64,000 nt of DNA from an uncultured Acidobacteriota bacterium (GTDB lineage Bacteria > Acidobacteriota > Thermoanaerobaculia > UBA5066 > Gp7-AA6). Both the position numbers and the translations under genes were made by a program. The notes below the pieces were generated by a model. It did not search any database and was not told the origin of the DNA. It worked only from the letters and a program-made list of their open reading frames with translations. Shown piece after piece: positions 9,789-20,205 of the stretch. The stretch lies in the NCBI GenBank assembly GCA_963764715.1, contig CAVXTP010000014.1, positions 96,001 to 160,000 on the forward strand, read 5' to 3'. Positions within the stretch are counted from its first letter, which is position 1, and every line of letters starts with the position of its first letter.

Positions 9789-10865
9789 ATGCATCCACGC
9801 TTGGCGTTTCCGGCCGCTCTTCTCTCCGCCGCCGCTCTCGCCCGCGCGGGCGCGGCGGCCGCCCAGGAGCCGGCCGACCGGCAGGGCGCGGTCCAGGAAG
9901 AGGTCGTCGTCGAGCGCGTCGTCATCGACGCGCACGTCATCGGACCCGACGGCAACCCGCTCCCCGACCTGACCGCCGAGGACTTCCGCGTCAAGATCGA
10001 CGGCCGCTCCGTCATCCTCGAGGACGTCGAGTGGCTGCCCGGCGACAAGCCCGAGAACGACGCCTCGGCGCTCGTCGGCATCGAGGGGGAGGAAGCCGAG
10101 CGCTTCCGGCAGGACGCGCCGCCGGGCCGCCTCATCGTCTTCTTCTTTCAGCACGACGGCAGCCAGACCACCCGCCTGCACGGCCTGATGCGCAACGCCC
10201 AGCAGGCCCGCCGCTTCCTCGACACGCTCCTGCCCACGGACCGGATCGCGGTCGCTTCGCACGACTCGCAGCTGAAGCTGCGGCAGGACTTCACGTCCGA
10301 CCGGGCGAAGATCGAGACCGCGATCACGTCCTCGATCCGCACGTCGATGCCGCCCGAGCCGGACCCCGCGAGCCAGCCCTCGATCGGACGCTACCTCGAC
10401 CGCGACCGCGGCGAAGAACGCGGGACGACGGACCGCGCGATCGAGGTCCTCGCCCGCGCGCTCGAGCCGCTGCCCGGCGGCAAGTCGATGGTGTTCTTCG
10501 GCTGGGGCCTCGGCAGCACGCAGGGCGGAGTCAGCGGCCCCGTCGCCTCCGAGTCCCGGGACTACAGCGAGATGATCTATTCGCTCGGCCGCTCGCGAAC
10601 CAACCTCTTCACGCTCGACGTCGCCGACGCCGACTACCACTCCCTGGAGGATTACCTCAAGCAGGTCTCCCAGGTGACGGGCGGCACCTACCAGAAGACG
10701 CACATCTTCCCGGCCCTCGCGATGGAGCTCGTCCGGCGGACGATCTCGGGCCGCTACATCCTGGTCGTCGTGAAGCCCCGCGGCACCCGCGGCGACCACC
10801 AGATCGACGTACAGCTCGTCGGCCGGAAGGGCTACGTCTACGCGAGGCAGTACTACCAGGACTGA
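9789..10865 (+). CDS. VWA-related domain protein (acidobacterial type), exported
   Basis: Signal peptide; VIDAHVIGPDGNPLPDLTAEDFRV, QDFTSDR, LPGGKSMVFF, TGG motifs. Confidence 0.8.
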   Translation: MHPRLAFPAALLSAAALARAGAAAAQEPADRQGAVQEEVVVERVVIDAHVIGPDGNPLPDLTAEDFRVKIDGRSVILEDVEWLPGDKPENDASALVGIEGEEAERFRQDAPPGRLIVFFFQHDGSQTTRLHGLMRNAQQARRFLDTLLPTDRIAVASHDSQLKLRQDFTSDRAKIETAITSSIRTSMPPEPDPASQPSIGRYLDRDRGEERGTTDRAIEVLARALEPLPGGKSMVFFGWGLGSTQGGVSGPVASESRDYSEMIYSLGRSRTNLFTLDVADADYHSLEDYLKQVSQVTGGTYQKTHIFPALAMELVRRTISGRYILVVVKPRGTRGDHQIDVQLVGRKGYVYARQYYQD

Positions 10866-10902
10866 ATCGCGGGGATCGAGCCTGACTCCAGCGCCCCGGT
10901 TT

Positions 10903-10962
10903 GTAGGGGCGGGGCTTGTCCCCGCCCGGCGTCACAAGGCGGCCGCAAGAGGCCGCCCCGAC
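10903..10962. repeat. GTAG-type REP doublet (REPIN-like)
   Basis: GTAGGGGCGGGGCTTGTCCCCGCCC plus an inverted degenerate copy GGCGGCCGCAAGAGGCCGCCCCGAC, between convergent genes. Confidence 0.75.
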
Positions 10963-10984
10963 GGCCATCAACGGCCGGGAGCCC

Positions 10985-12000
10985 TTACCGCCGCTCGAGC
11001 GTCGCCCTTCCCGAAGTTTCCTTCGCCAGCCCTTCGGAGGCGAGGAACGCCTTCGCCGCGGCGTCGCCGAGCAGGGTCGCATCCCAGAACGCGACGGTCA
11101 CAGCTTTCAGGTCCTTGAAGATCGCGACCTCCTCGTCGACCGACGGCGCGCCCTTGCCGCGCCCGGACAGCGAGGCTCCCGGCTCGGCGTACTGTCCCGT
11201 GAAAGACAGGGCGCCGGCGCCCCGCAGCAGCAGCATGAACTTGTCCCCCGGCGGCGATAGAGCGAATGCGTCGAGGCGCCACGAGGAGTCCTGCCCCTTC
11301 GGGCCCTTGTCGCGCGAGCCCGTCACGACCATGAGCGGGCGGGCGACATGCGACCAGGAGCTCCTGGTGAACCCGCGCCAGCCCTGGCCCGGCGGCGAGA
11401 GCAGGAGGAACGCCTTCGGACGGGGATCGGCGAAGCTCTTTCCCTTTTCGCCCTTCGGCACGTCCACCGTCGCCCCCGCGAGAAGGCCGGCGGTGTACGC
11501 GCCGTAGGCCTGTCCGCCCACGCCGATCCTGGCGGCATCGATCCGGCCGGCGAGCGACGGGACGCGCTCTCCGACGAGCGCGAGCGAATCGAGAACGAAC
11601 GCGAGGTCGCGCGCCCGGTTCTCCCACGCCTTCGGATCGGCCGCGCTCTTCCCGGAGCGCCGTCCGCGTGCGACGGGGCGAGGACCACGTACCCGCGCGT
11701 CGCCCAGAAGCGCAGGAGCGGCCGCGAGTCTTTCGCCGTTCCGGACTCTCCGTGCGAGAAGACGATCACCGGGAACGGTCCGTCGCCGCTCGGGTAGGTC
11801 ACCGCGATCGGGATCTCGCGCCGGCGCGCGTCGTCGCGCAGTCGCACGTCGGCCTCGGCCGCCACCGCGATTCCGCTCCGCGCGAGCTCCGCGGCCGGCG
11901 GAGCGACGGGCGGCGGCGCCGGGGAGGACGGGCCCGGGGAGGCGGCGGGCGCGCAGGCCGTCGCGAGGCATAGGCTCAGTGTGCCGAGGAATCGCCGCAT
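10985..12000 (-). CDS. Alpha/beta-hydrolase-fold lipoprotein, probably catalytically inactive; frameshift near 11660
   Basis: Lipobox-like LATAC; PVIVFSHG, GYVVLAPSH, RIGVGGQAYGA, VTGSRD; two halves lie in different frames. Confidence 0.75.
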
Positions 12001-12016
12001 GGAGCTCCGTGACGGT

Positions 12017-14798
12017 TCAGGGCCGGAAGATGAGGTCAGCATATCCCCGGACGGTGTCGAACCGCGGCGCCGCGCTCTGGATCCAGGCCGCCCCGACGCG
12101 AAACGAAACGGACCGCCCGAACTCGGCGGGGATCAGACGCTCGAGACGCGCCTCCGCGCCGGCGACGCGCACCGGTTGGGGCCGCAGCGAGCCCGGGTTC
12201 CACGCGCGCAGCCACTCCCCGTAGAGGACGAGAGGCCACGCCGACGCCTCCGCCTCGGCGCGGTACGCCTCGAACTTCTCGCCGAGCTGGACGGCGAAAG
12301 GCAGCGCCCGGCTCTCGATGCGGTTGCGGTCGAAGCCGGGCGGCAGGATCGTCGAAGGCGAGCCGCCGATCTCGAAGACGTCGAAGCGCGTCGGCTGACC
12401 GCCCGTGTCTCCCCAGCGCGCGCCCGCCGAGAACGTCGCGAGCGGAGTGACGCCGAAGAGCCGGGCGTTTCCGGCCGCCTGGCTCCAGCCGCGGCCGTCG
12501 GTCTCGCCGGCCGATCCCCGGGCCTCGAGGTCGACTCCCCCGCCCCACCGGCCCCGCGTGCGCCGGTAGACCGCGCGCAGGCGCGCGGTGCCGAGCGCCC
12601 GTCCGAAGTCGCGGCCCGTCGCGAGGGCGTCGTAGTTCGCCACGCCTTCGCCGCCGTCGACCTCGAGGCGTCCCCAGTCGAAGGCCCGGGCCCAGGCGGC
12701 CTCGAAGTAGCCTCCGCGGCGCTCGACGTCGAGCGCCGGACGTGGCGCGAGGCTCTGGCGGCCGGGCTTCTCGAGCGCCGAGAAGAGCTGGAGCGAGACC
12801 GTCACGGGCAGGCCGCGCCAGGCGGCCGCGATCGTTCCGCCGCGCGGCCCGGGCGTGTTGCCGACCGAGCCCGCGGCGAGCCAGTGCAGGCGCCCGACCA
12901 CGTCGCCGCCGTCGACGCCGAGCTGCACGGTGTCCCCGTCGGGACCGAGGGAGAAGTTCAAGAGCGGACGGACGGCCTGCGAGGGCCATACCGAGTAGGG
13001 CCGGTCCGGCGCCGTGGGCCCGGCGACGATCGGCGGCGCGGCCTCCCGCCGCGGCGCGCCGAGCGGCTCCTCGCCCGACGGCGGCGCCGGCGCGAGGTCC
13101 AGGCGGCGGACGTCGACTCCCCGCGCCGTCCAGTCGAGGAAGTAGAGCGCGCGGCCGTCCGGCGACGGCGCCGGCGCGAAGGCGCCGCCGGTCACGCGGG
13201 TGCGGACCGTCGCGGCACCCTGGCCGTCGGCTGGAATCGCGGCGACGTTCCAGGTCCCCGTTCCGTCGGACGTCACGAAGATCGTCGAGCCGTCCGCGCT
13301 CCACGCGGGAGCGGCCGCGGCCGCTCCGGCGACGGCGAGCTCGGTCAGCTTCCCGCCCGCGGCGGGCACCACGACGAGCCGCCACCGGGCGTCGCGATGC
13401 AGCAGCGCCGCGACGCGTGTCCCGTCCGGTGAGAGGCGGGGCTCCGCCCAGACCGGCCAGTCGCCGGGGACGAGGCCCTCGCACGCGATCTCGGCGACTT
13501 CGCCGGTCGCGAGGTCGACGCGCACGAGCGCCGTCGCTCCGAACCGCGACCGGACGGCGACGGCGAAGCGGCCATCCCGCGAAGGGTCGGCCTGGGACAC
13601 GTCGGCCCGCCGCGTCACGCGGGCGACCGAGCCGCGCTCCCAGTCCCAGAGATACAGGTCCCGCCGGAGAACGCCTTCGTCGTCCGGCGCGCGCCGCGAG
13701 AAGAGCACGCGCCGCCCGTCCGGCATCCAGCGCGGGTCGGCCGGAGAGTATCCGTCGAGCCGCGGCAGGGTCCGCAGCGGCTCCCGCTCGGTCTTCTGCG
13801 GCGCGAGGTCCCAGACCGACAGCAGGCTCACGCGCCGGGACGGGTCGCGGCGGACGAGGAGCTTCGAGCCGTCGGGTGAAACCTGCGGCGAGAGCGTCGA
13901 GCCCTCGAGCGAGAGCACGAGGTCGCCGTCGACGAGGCCCGCCGCCTTCAGCCGTTTCTCCTCGTCGATCGCCCGCGCGCAGGACTCGGCGACGAAACGC
14001 TCGTAGAGGTCCTTCGGCGAGTCGCCGTAGACCTCCCGGAAGGAGGCGTCGAAGCCGTCCGCGAACCGCGAGGCCATCCTCTGCCAGAGATCGGGCAGGC
14101 TGTTCGGGCCGGCCCGGTCGACGAGCCACTCGAGGTAGGCCGACCCCACGAGGTACGGCATCGCATCCGAGAGCCAGCCGTCCCCGCTCGTCGAGATCCC
14201 CGTAGGCCGGGAGCTTGCCGGCGATCGCGAGCCCGCGAAGGACCATCGCGCGCAAGCTCGAGGCCGGCCGCCCCGAGCCCGTCAGCGCGCCCTCGACGAG
14301 CGTGGCGTAGCCTTCGATCAGCCACCTCGGGGAACCGAAAACCAGCGGGCCGAACGGCGCGGGCGAGAGTCGAGACACGAAGCCGCGCCATCCCGGCGCC
14401 GGCCGCGCGAGATGGACGACGTGCGCCACCTCGTGCGTCGCCAGCATCTCCGTCCAGTCGCGGAAGTCCGAAAGCTCCGACGCCGCGCCCGGCGGGGACG
14501 TCCAGAGCAGGATCTCGGGCCGGTCGAGAAACGGCGCGGCGGCGCCGTTGGCGTCGGCCGCGGGGTCCGACACCACCACGTCGATCGGCCGGTCGGGAGC
14601 AAAGCCCACGAACGCCGCGACGCGCGCGTGGATCGGCTCGAGCTGCCCCGCGGCGTGCCGGGCCCAGGCCTCGAAGGGCGCCGGAAAGTGGACGCGGAAG
14701 TGGGCGGTCTCGACGGTGCGCCACTCGGCCGACGGCCCCTGCGCCGCCGCGGCGGACGCCAGAGCGAGGAGGAATCCGACGAGCCCGCCGCGGCGCAT
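12017..14798 (-). CDS. Exported protein with N-terminal HExxH metallopeptidase-like domain, TolB-like propeller and probable C-terminal beta-barrel; frameshift near 14190
   Basis: WRTVETAHFRVHF, THEVAHVVH, PRWLIEGYAT; SPDG repeats; alternating beta-strand C-terminus. Confidence 0.75.
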
Positions 14799-14875
14799 CG
14801 CCGAGAGGCTATCAGGGGGTCGCCTGCTAAAATCGCGGCGAAAATCCGCACCCGTGTAAAACGAAGGAGAGGTCG

Positions 14876-16849
14876 ATGCCCAAGGCCCTTCGCACCGCTC
14901 TCGCCCTGGCCCTCGTCTGGACGGCCGGGACCGCCGCCGCCCAGACCTGGACTCCCATCGGGCCGTGGACGGGAGAAGTCAAAGCGCTCGCGATCGACCC
15001 CTCGGCCCCGGCGACGCTCTATGCCGGGACGTTCGGCGGCGGCCTCTACCGAACGACGGACGGGGGCGCGACGTGGACGTTGTGCGACGCGGGCTTCCCC
15101 CGCGACTCGGTGGTCGAGGGCGTCGCCGCCGACCCGTCGTCCCCGAAGACGGTCTGGGCGGTGACCAACATGGAGGGCGTCTACCGCAGCGCCGACGGGG
15201 GCGCCACCTGGAAACGCGTGCTCGCGATCGAGCGGCAGGAGTGGGCCGCCCTCGCCGTCGACCCGAAGGGCGTCGCGTACGCGGCCGGAGACACCACCGG
15301 GCCAAAGCCCGGCGTCCACCGCTCGAGCGACGGCGGTCGCACCTGGACGCATTCGGACAAGGGCTTCCCGCACAACTTCCGCCTCCGCGCGCTCGCCGTC
15401 GATCCCAGGACGCCCGCGACGATCTACGCCGGCACGATCAGCGACGGCATCTTCAAGTCGACCGACTCGGGCGGCACGTGGGCCCCCTCGAGCGACAAGA
15501 TCGAGAAGGAAAACATCCATGCCCTCGCGGTCGACCCGGTCGGCCCCGAGACCGTCTGGGCCGGGACCAACGGCGCCATCTACCGGAGCGACGACTACGG
15601 CAAGACCTGGGTGAAGAAGAGCCCCGACAAGTGGCGGCCCTTCGACGGCGACGCCTTCGCCATCGATCCCAACGACCCCAAGATCGTCTACGCCGCCGTC
15701 CCCAACCGCGTCATCAAGACGACCGACCTCGGCCGCAACTGGGCCGAGATCGCGAAGGGCTTCAACTGGATCAACTTCTCGGTGCTCGCGCTCGATCCGG
15801 CCGGGCCGCTCTACGCCGGCACCAATCGCGAAGGCGTGCTGAAGACGACCGACGGCGGACGGACCTGGTCGCCGACGCCCGACGGATTCAGCGCCGCGGA
15901 CGTGAAGGCGCTCGTGTCCGACCCGTCGGCGCCGGGCACGGTGTACGTCGGGACCGTGCAGGGCAACGTCGCCCGCACGACCGACGGCGGCCGGACGTGG
16001 ACCCGCCTCGCCGAGGGGATGACCACGACGGACGTGCGCGCGGTCGCGATCGACCCCACCTCGCCGAAGATCATTCTCGCCGGGACGGACGAGGGCATCT
16101 TCCGCAGCACCGACGGCGGCGAGAGCTGGGAACTGGTCCACAAGGACATCGTCGTCACGCGCAGCGTTCTGGCGTTTGTTTTCGATCCGGCCGACCCGAA
16201 GCGCGTCTACGCCCGCGATCCCGACACCGTCTACGCCAGCACCGACGGCGGGAAGTCCTGGAAAGAGATGCCGGACCTCGAGCGCGGCTCGAGCCTCAAC
16301 GGGTTCTTCGGGTTTGCGGCGCTGCCCGGCTCGCCCACGACGCTCTTCATCAGCACGCACGCGGGGCTCTTCAAGTCGACCGACGGCGCGAAGACGTGGA
16401 GCCCGAGCGGGGCGGGCCTTCCCCATTCCCAGATCCAGACGATCGTCGCCGATCCCGCGACGAAGACGATCTACCTCGGCACCGAGGACGAGGGTGTCTT
16501 CCGGAGCTCCGACGGCGGCGCGACGTGGACGGCGGGCCACCAGGGCCTCGGGCGCGCCAACGTCCAGGTCCTCTTCCTCGACCCGGCCGAGCCGAAGTCG
16601 CTCTACGCCGGGACCTGGAAGAAGGGCGTCTTCCGATCCCAGGACGGGGGCACGACCTGGCGCCCGGTCGGCGGGGAGCCGCCGCATCCCGACATCACGG
16701 CGCTCGCGCCGGACTACGCCAGCCCGCGCCGCCTCCTCGTCGGCACCGCCGGGCGGAGCGTCTGGAGCCTCGACACGAGCGCCGCCGCGGCCCCTCCCGC
16801 CCCGACGCCGGCGAAGAAGGCTCCCGCTCCGCCGAAGAAGAAGCCGTAA
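14876..16849 (+). CDS. Secreted BNR/Asp-box repeat (VPS10/YCF48-like) beta-propeller protein
   Basis: Signal peptide; repeated S/T-x-D-G-G-x-T-W boxes and ALAIDP motifs; AAGGAG RBS. Confidence 0.9.
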   Translation: MPKALRTALALALVWTAGTAAAQTWTPIGPWTGEVKALAIDPSAPATLYAGTFGGGLYRTTDGGATWTLCDAGFPRDSVVEGVAADPSSPKTVWAVTNMEGVYRSADGGATWKRVLAIERQEWAALAVDPKGVAYAAGDTTGPKPGVHRSSDGGRTWTHSDKGFPHNFRLRALAVDPRTPATIYAGTISDGIFKSTDSGGTWAPSSDKIEKENIHALAVDPVGPETVWAGTNGAIYRSDDYGKTWVKKSPDKWRPFDGDAFAIDPNDPKIVYAAVPNRVIKTTDLGRNWAEIAKGFNWINFSVLALDPAGPLYAGTNREGVLKTTDGGRTWSPTPDGFSAADVKALVSDPSAPGTVYVGTVQGNVARTTDGGRTWTRLAEGMTTTDVRAVAIDPTSPKIILAGTDEGIFRSTDGGESWELVHKDIVVTRSVLAFVFDPADPKRVYARDPDTVYASTDGGKSWKEMPDLERGSSLNGFFGFAALPGSPTTLFISTHAGLFKSTDGAKTWSPSGAGLPHSQIQTIVADPATKTIYLGTEDEGVFRSSDGGATWTAGHQGLGRANVQVLFLDPAEPKSLYAGTWKKGVFRSQDGGTTWRPVGGEPPHPDITALAPDYASPRRLLVGTAGRSVWSLDTSAAAAPPAPTPAKKAPAPPKKKP

Positions 16850-16893
16850 CCTTTCCCGGACGCGGCCGTCTCCTCCTTCGAGATGGAGGAACC

Positions 16894-17622
16894 ATGCGTC
16901 TGAAAGCGACCCTTCTGGCGGCCCTGCTGATTCTCCCCACGGCCTCCCGCGTGGAAGCGGGCGGCGCCCCCGAGACGACCCCCAAGGCCAAAGAGAAGAA
17001 GAAGATCGTCGTGGTCTCGCCCGAGAAGGAGATCGTCGTCGACGACGACGGCGTCTTCGTCTCCGGCGACGAGGACTTCGAGACGTTCGCGGACCTGCGC
17101 GATTTCGAGGGCCTGCCCGGGTTCGGATGGTCCGAGGGCGGCGGCACCATCGGCGTGCGTCCCGTCGAGATGACGCCCGACCTTCGGGTTCACTTCGGCG
17201 CTCCGAAGGAGGCCGGCGTTTTCGTCGGCACGGTCGAGAAGGATTCGCCGGCCGCGAAGGCCGGGCTCCAGGTCGCCGACATCGTGACGACGGCCGACGG
17301 CGAGAAGATCGGATCGACGCGCGACCTCGTGCGCGCGATCCGGCGCAAGAAGGAGGGCGAGACCGTCAAGCTCGAGCTTCTGCGCAACCGCGCGCCGAAG
17401 ACGCTGACGGTGACGGTCGCCGAGCGCGAAGGCGGAAAGGTCCGCGTCGGCGACTTCGGGCCCGGGATGCGGAAGTTCAAGTTCCGCCACTGGGGCGTGC
17501 CCCCGGTCCCGCCCGCGCCCCCCGTCGCCCCGGTCCCTCCCGGCTCTCCGGATCTCCGGGAGCGGCTCGACGACCTCGAAAAGCGCCTCGACGCGCTCGA
17601 AGGGCGCACTCCGAAAAACTGA
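16894..17622 (+). CDS. Exported PDZ domain protein
   Basis: GGAGG RBS, signal peptide, GVFVGTVEKDSPAAKAGLQVADIV PDZ motif, Pro-rich and coiled-coil tail. Confidence 0.85.
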   Translation: MRLKATLLAALLILPTASRVEAGGAPETTPKAKEKKKIVVVSPEKEIVVDDDGVFVSGDEDFETFADLRDFEGLPGFGWSEGGGTIGVRPVEMTPDLRVHFGAPKEAGVFVGTVEKDSPAAKAGLQVADIVTTADGEKIGSTRDLVRAIRRKKEGETVKLELLRNRAPKTLTVTVAEREGGKVRVGDFGPGMRKFKFRHWGVPPVPPAPPVAPVPPGSPDLRERLDDLEKRLDALEGRTPKN

Positions 17623-17646
17623 ACGAGATTCCTCAACCTTCCTCAC

Positions 17647-17678
17647 GGGCCGCCGGCCGATCCGGCGGCCCTTTTTTT
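17647..17678 (+). terminator. Rho-independent terminator
   Basis: GGGCCGCCGG-ccgat-CCGGCGGCCC stem-loop followed by T7. Confidence 0.9.
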
Positions 17679-17763
17679 CGCCTTCCCGGCGGGTCGGCCC
17701 CGCGAACGGCGGGATAGAGTTATCGAAACCGCGACGCCGTCGCCGAACCCGGGAGGCCCGCCC

Positions 17764-19086
17764 ATGTCGGAGCTCCGCCGCGACCTCACGCTCTATGACG
17801 CCATCAACCTGGTGATCGGCACGATCATCGGGTCCGGCATCTTCCTCGTCCCGGCCGAGATCGCACGGGCCGTCCACCAGCCCGGCTGGATGCTGGCGGT
17901 CTGGGTCATCGGCGGGGTCCTGACGATGCTCGGCGCGCTGTCGCTCGCCGAGCTCGGCGCCGCGATGCCCGACGCCGGCGGGATCTACTCCTTCATCACC
18001 CGCGGCTTCGGCCGGCTGCCCGGATTCCTCTGCGGCTGGATGCTCTTCACGGTCGCGACCTCCGGCTCGATCGCGACCCTCGGAGCGGCCTTCCCGATCT
18101 ACCTCGGGGCCTTCGTTCCCCTGAACCCGACGACCACGAAGGTGGTGGGCGTCCTCGCGATCGCTCTCCTGACGTGGATCAACATCGTCGGAGTCAAGAA
18201 TGGCGCGCGGGTCGGCAACGTGCTGACGGCGCTCAAGGTCGGCGGGCTCGTCGTCATGGTCGTCGTGATCTTCCTCCTGCCGGGCCCCGCGCCCGACGCG
18301 ACGCGCGCGCCCGCGGCGCCGCTCCCGACCGGGCCCGTGCCGCTGGCGGCGGTGGGCGTGGCGCTCGTCGCCGTGCTCTGGGCGTACGAGGGCTGGCACG
18401 ACGTCAGCTTCGCCGCCGGCGAGATCCACGAGCCGCAGAAGAACTTCCCGCGGGGCCTCATCGGCGGCGTGGCGATCGTGATCGCCCTGTACCTGCTGGC
18501 CAACCTCGCGTATCTCAAGGTGCTCACGCCGGCCGAGATCGCGGCCTCCGACCGCGTCGCGCTGACGGCGATGACGCGCGTGACCGGGGAGTGGGGCGGC
18601 AAGCTCCTGACCGCCGCGATTCTCTGCTCGATCCTCGGCGCGATGAACGCTCTCATCCTCGCCGGCCCCCGGGCCTACTACCAGATGGCCAAGGACGGCC
18701 TCTTCATCGACCGCGTCTCGCGCGTGCACCCGAAGTGGCGCACGCCCGTCGAGGCGCTGCTCTTCCAGGGACTGTGGTCCGGGTTCCTCGTCCTCATCAT
18801 CGGCGGCTTCTCGCAGCTCTTCACCTACGTGATCTTCGGGGGCTGGATCTTCTACGCCCTCGCCGTGCTGTCGGTGATCGCGCTGCGCAAGAAGGAGCCC
18901 GGCCTCGTGCGGCCGTACCGCGTGCCCGGCTACCCCTTCGTCCCGATCCTCTTCGGAGCGACCGCCCTGGCGATCGTCGTCAACACGCTCATCGAGACGC
19001 CGCGGGAGTCCCTGTTCGGCCTCGGCTTCATCGCGCTGGGGATTCCGGTGTACTGGCTCCAGCGGAAGCTCCGGCCGGCCCGCTGA
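17764..19086 (+). CDS. APC-family amino acid permease
   Basis: IGSGIF, AELGAAMPDAGGIY, LWAYEGW, RPYRVPGYP; about 12 TM segments. Confidence 0.92.
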   Translation: MSELRRDLTLYDAINLVIGTIIGSGIFLVPAEIARAVHQPGWMLAVWVIGGVLTMLGALSLAELGAAMPDAGGIYSFITRGFGRLPGFLCGWMLFTVATSGSIATLGAAFPIYLGAFVPLNPTTTKVVGVLAIALLTWINIVGVKNGARVGNVLTALKVGGLVVMVVVIFLLPGPAPDATRAPAAPLPTGPVPLAAVGVALVAVLWAYEGWHDVSFAAGEIHEPQKNFPRGLIGGVAIVIALYLLANLAYLKVLTPAEIAASDRVALTAMTRVTGEWGGKLLTAAILCSILGAMNALILAGPRAYYQMAKDGLFIDRVSRVHPKWRTPVEALLFQGLWSGFLVLIIGGFSQLFTYVIFGGWIFYALAVLSVIALRKKEPGLVRPYRVPGYPFVPILFGATALAIVVNTLIETPRESLFGLGFIALGIPVYWLQRKLRPAR

Positions 19087-19609
19087 GCGCGGAGCGCGAG
19101 GCGGGGTCCTTCGCCCCTCCGCGTCCGATCGCCTTCGTCATCTCCTCGAGGCGCAGGCGCTCCAGGCTTTCGATCGGGAGTGCGGTGAAGAGACCGAGGC
19201 GTCGGAAGATCTCGACGGCGACCTTCCGGACGAGCCTCCGCTGCGGCTCCTCCCCGTCGACTCCGTCCGGATCCTCCGACCCCCAGTGCGCGACGATCGG
19301 CTGGCCCGGCCAGACCGGGCACGACTCGCGCGCCCGGTCGCACACCGTGATGACGAAGTCGAACCCCACGCCCCGGAACTCTTCCCAGGACTTGCTCCGC
19401 GCTCCGCTCACATCGACGTGGTACTCGTTCTTCAGCAGGTCGAGCACGAGCGGGTTCACGCGGCCGCGCGGGCTCGATCCGGCGCTGAACGCCTCGAACC
19501 GCAGTGGGTCGAGCTTCCGAAGAAGGAACTCCGCCAGGATGCTCCGGGCGGAATTGCCCGTGCACAGAAAGAGGACCTTGAATTTCTTCCGAGCGGATCC
19601 ATCGTCCAT
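19028..19609 (-). CDS. arsC: Arsenate reductase ArsC (LMW-PTP fold)
   Basis: FLCTGNSARS, ITVCD..RESCPVWPG, HWGSEDP; GGAGG RBS. Confidence 0.9.
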   Translation of the reverse strand: MDDGSARKKFKVLFLCTGNSARSILAEFLLRKLDPLRFEAFSAGSSPRGRVNPLVLDLLKNEYHVDVSGARSKSWEEFRGVGFDFVITVCDRARESCPVWPGQPIVAHWGSEDPDGVDGEEPQRRLVRKVAVEIFRRLGLFTALPIESLERLRLEEMTKAIGRGGAKDPASRSALSGPAGASAGASTPESPAR

Positions 19610-19684
19610 CGATTCCTCCCCGCCGCGCGTCGGCGCGGCGTCGTTACGGTTCACGGACCGATGACGCCTTCCTTCAACGAAGCC

Positions 19685-20164
19685 TCAGCAGCAGGCCGCC
19701 GGAAGCGACGCCTTCTCCGTGCCCTCGGAAGTCGACGCCGCGGCGGCGGGCTGGCAACAGGTCGTCGTCGAATCGGCCTTCCGGTCGACGTCCTCCAGCA
19801 CCGTGTAGACCTCCCAGCGGTTGCCGTCGGGATCCGTCACCCAGAACTTTTCCTGGAGCGCGTAGCAGCAGGCTTCCCGCTTCTCCTCCTCGGTCGGAAG
19901 GCCGTTGACCCCTAAAGCGCTCTTCCACTGCCTCACCTGCTCGGGCGAGTCGACCCGGATGCCCAGATGCGAGAGGGCACCCGAACCGCGGATCTCGCCG
20001 GGCTGGAGGGCGAGATGGATCTCCGGTTCGGCGGCGACGAACTTCGCATAGTCCGCCTTGAGCTTGCGAGGCTCGCCGAGAAAGCGCCGATAGAAGTCGA
20101 CGGAACGGGAAAGATCCGAGACGTTCAGAGAGATGTGGACCGCAGACGGCATGAGAGCCTCCAT
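19685..20164 (-). CDS. arsI: ArsI/CadI glyoxalase-family protein (putative C-As lyase)
   Basis: HISLNV, DYAKF, LSHLGI, CCYALQEKFWVTDPDGNRWEVY. Confidence 0.85.
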   Translation of the reverse strand: MEALMPSAVHISLNVSDLSRSVDFYRRFLGEPRKLKADYAKFVAAEPEIHLALQPGEIRGSGALSHLGIRVDSPEQVRQWKSALGVNGLPTEEEKREACCYALQEKFWVTDPDGNRWEVYTVLEDVDRKADSTTTCCQPAAAASTSEGTEKASLPAACC

Positions 20165-20205
20165 TTCGAAAGATAATGAATGATCGATCTATCGAGCCAA
20201 TTTTT

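Noticed and set aside
14876-16849. DNA tandem repeats (accgacggcgg...)
   Set aside because: They are explained by protein-level Asp-box repeats.
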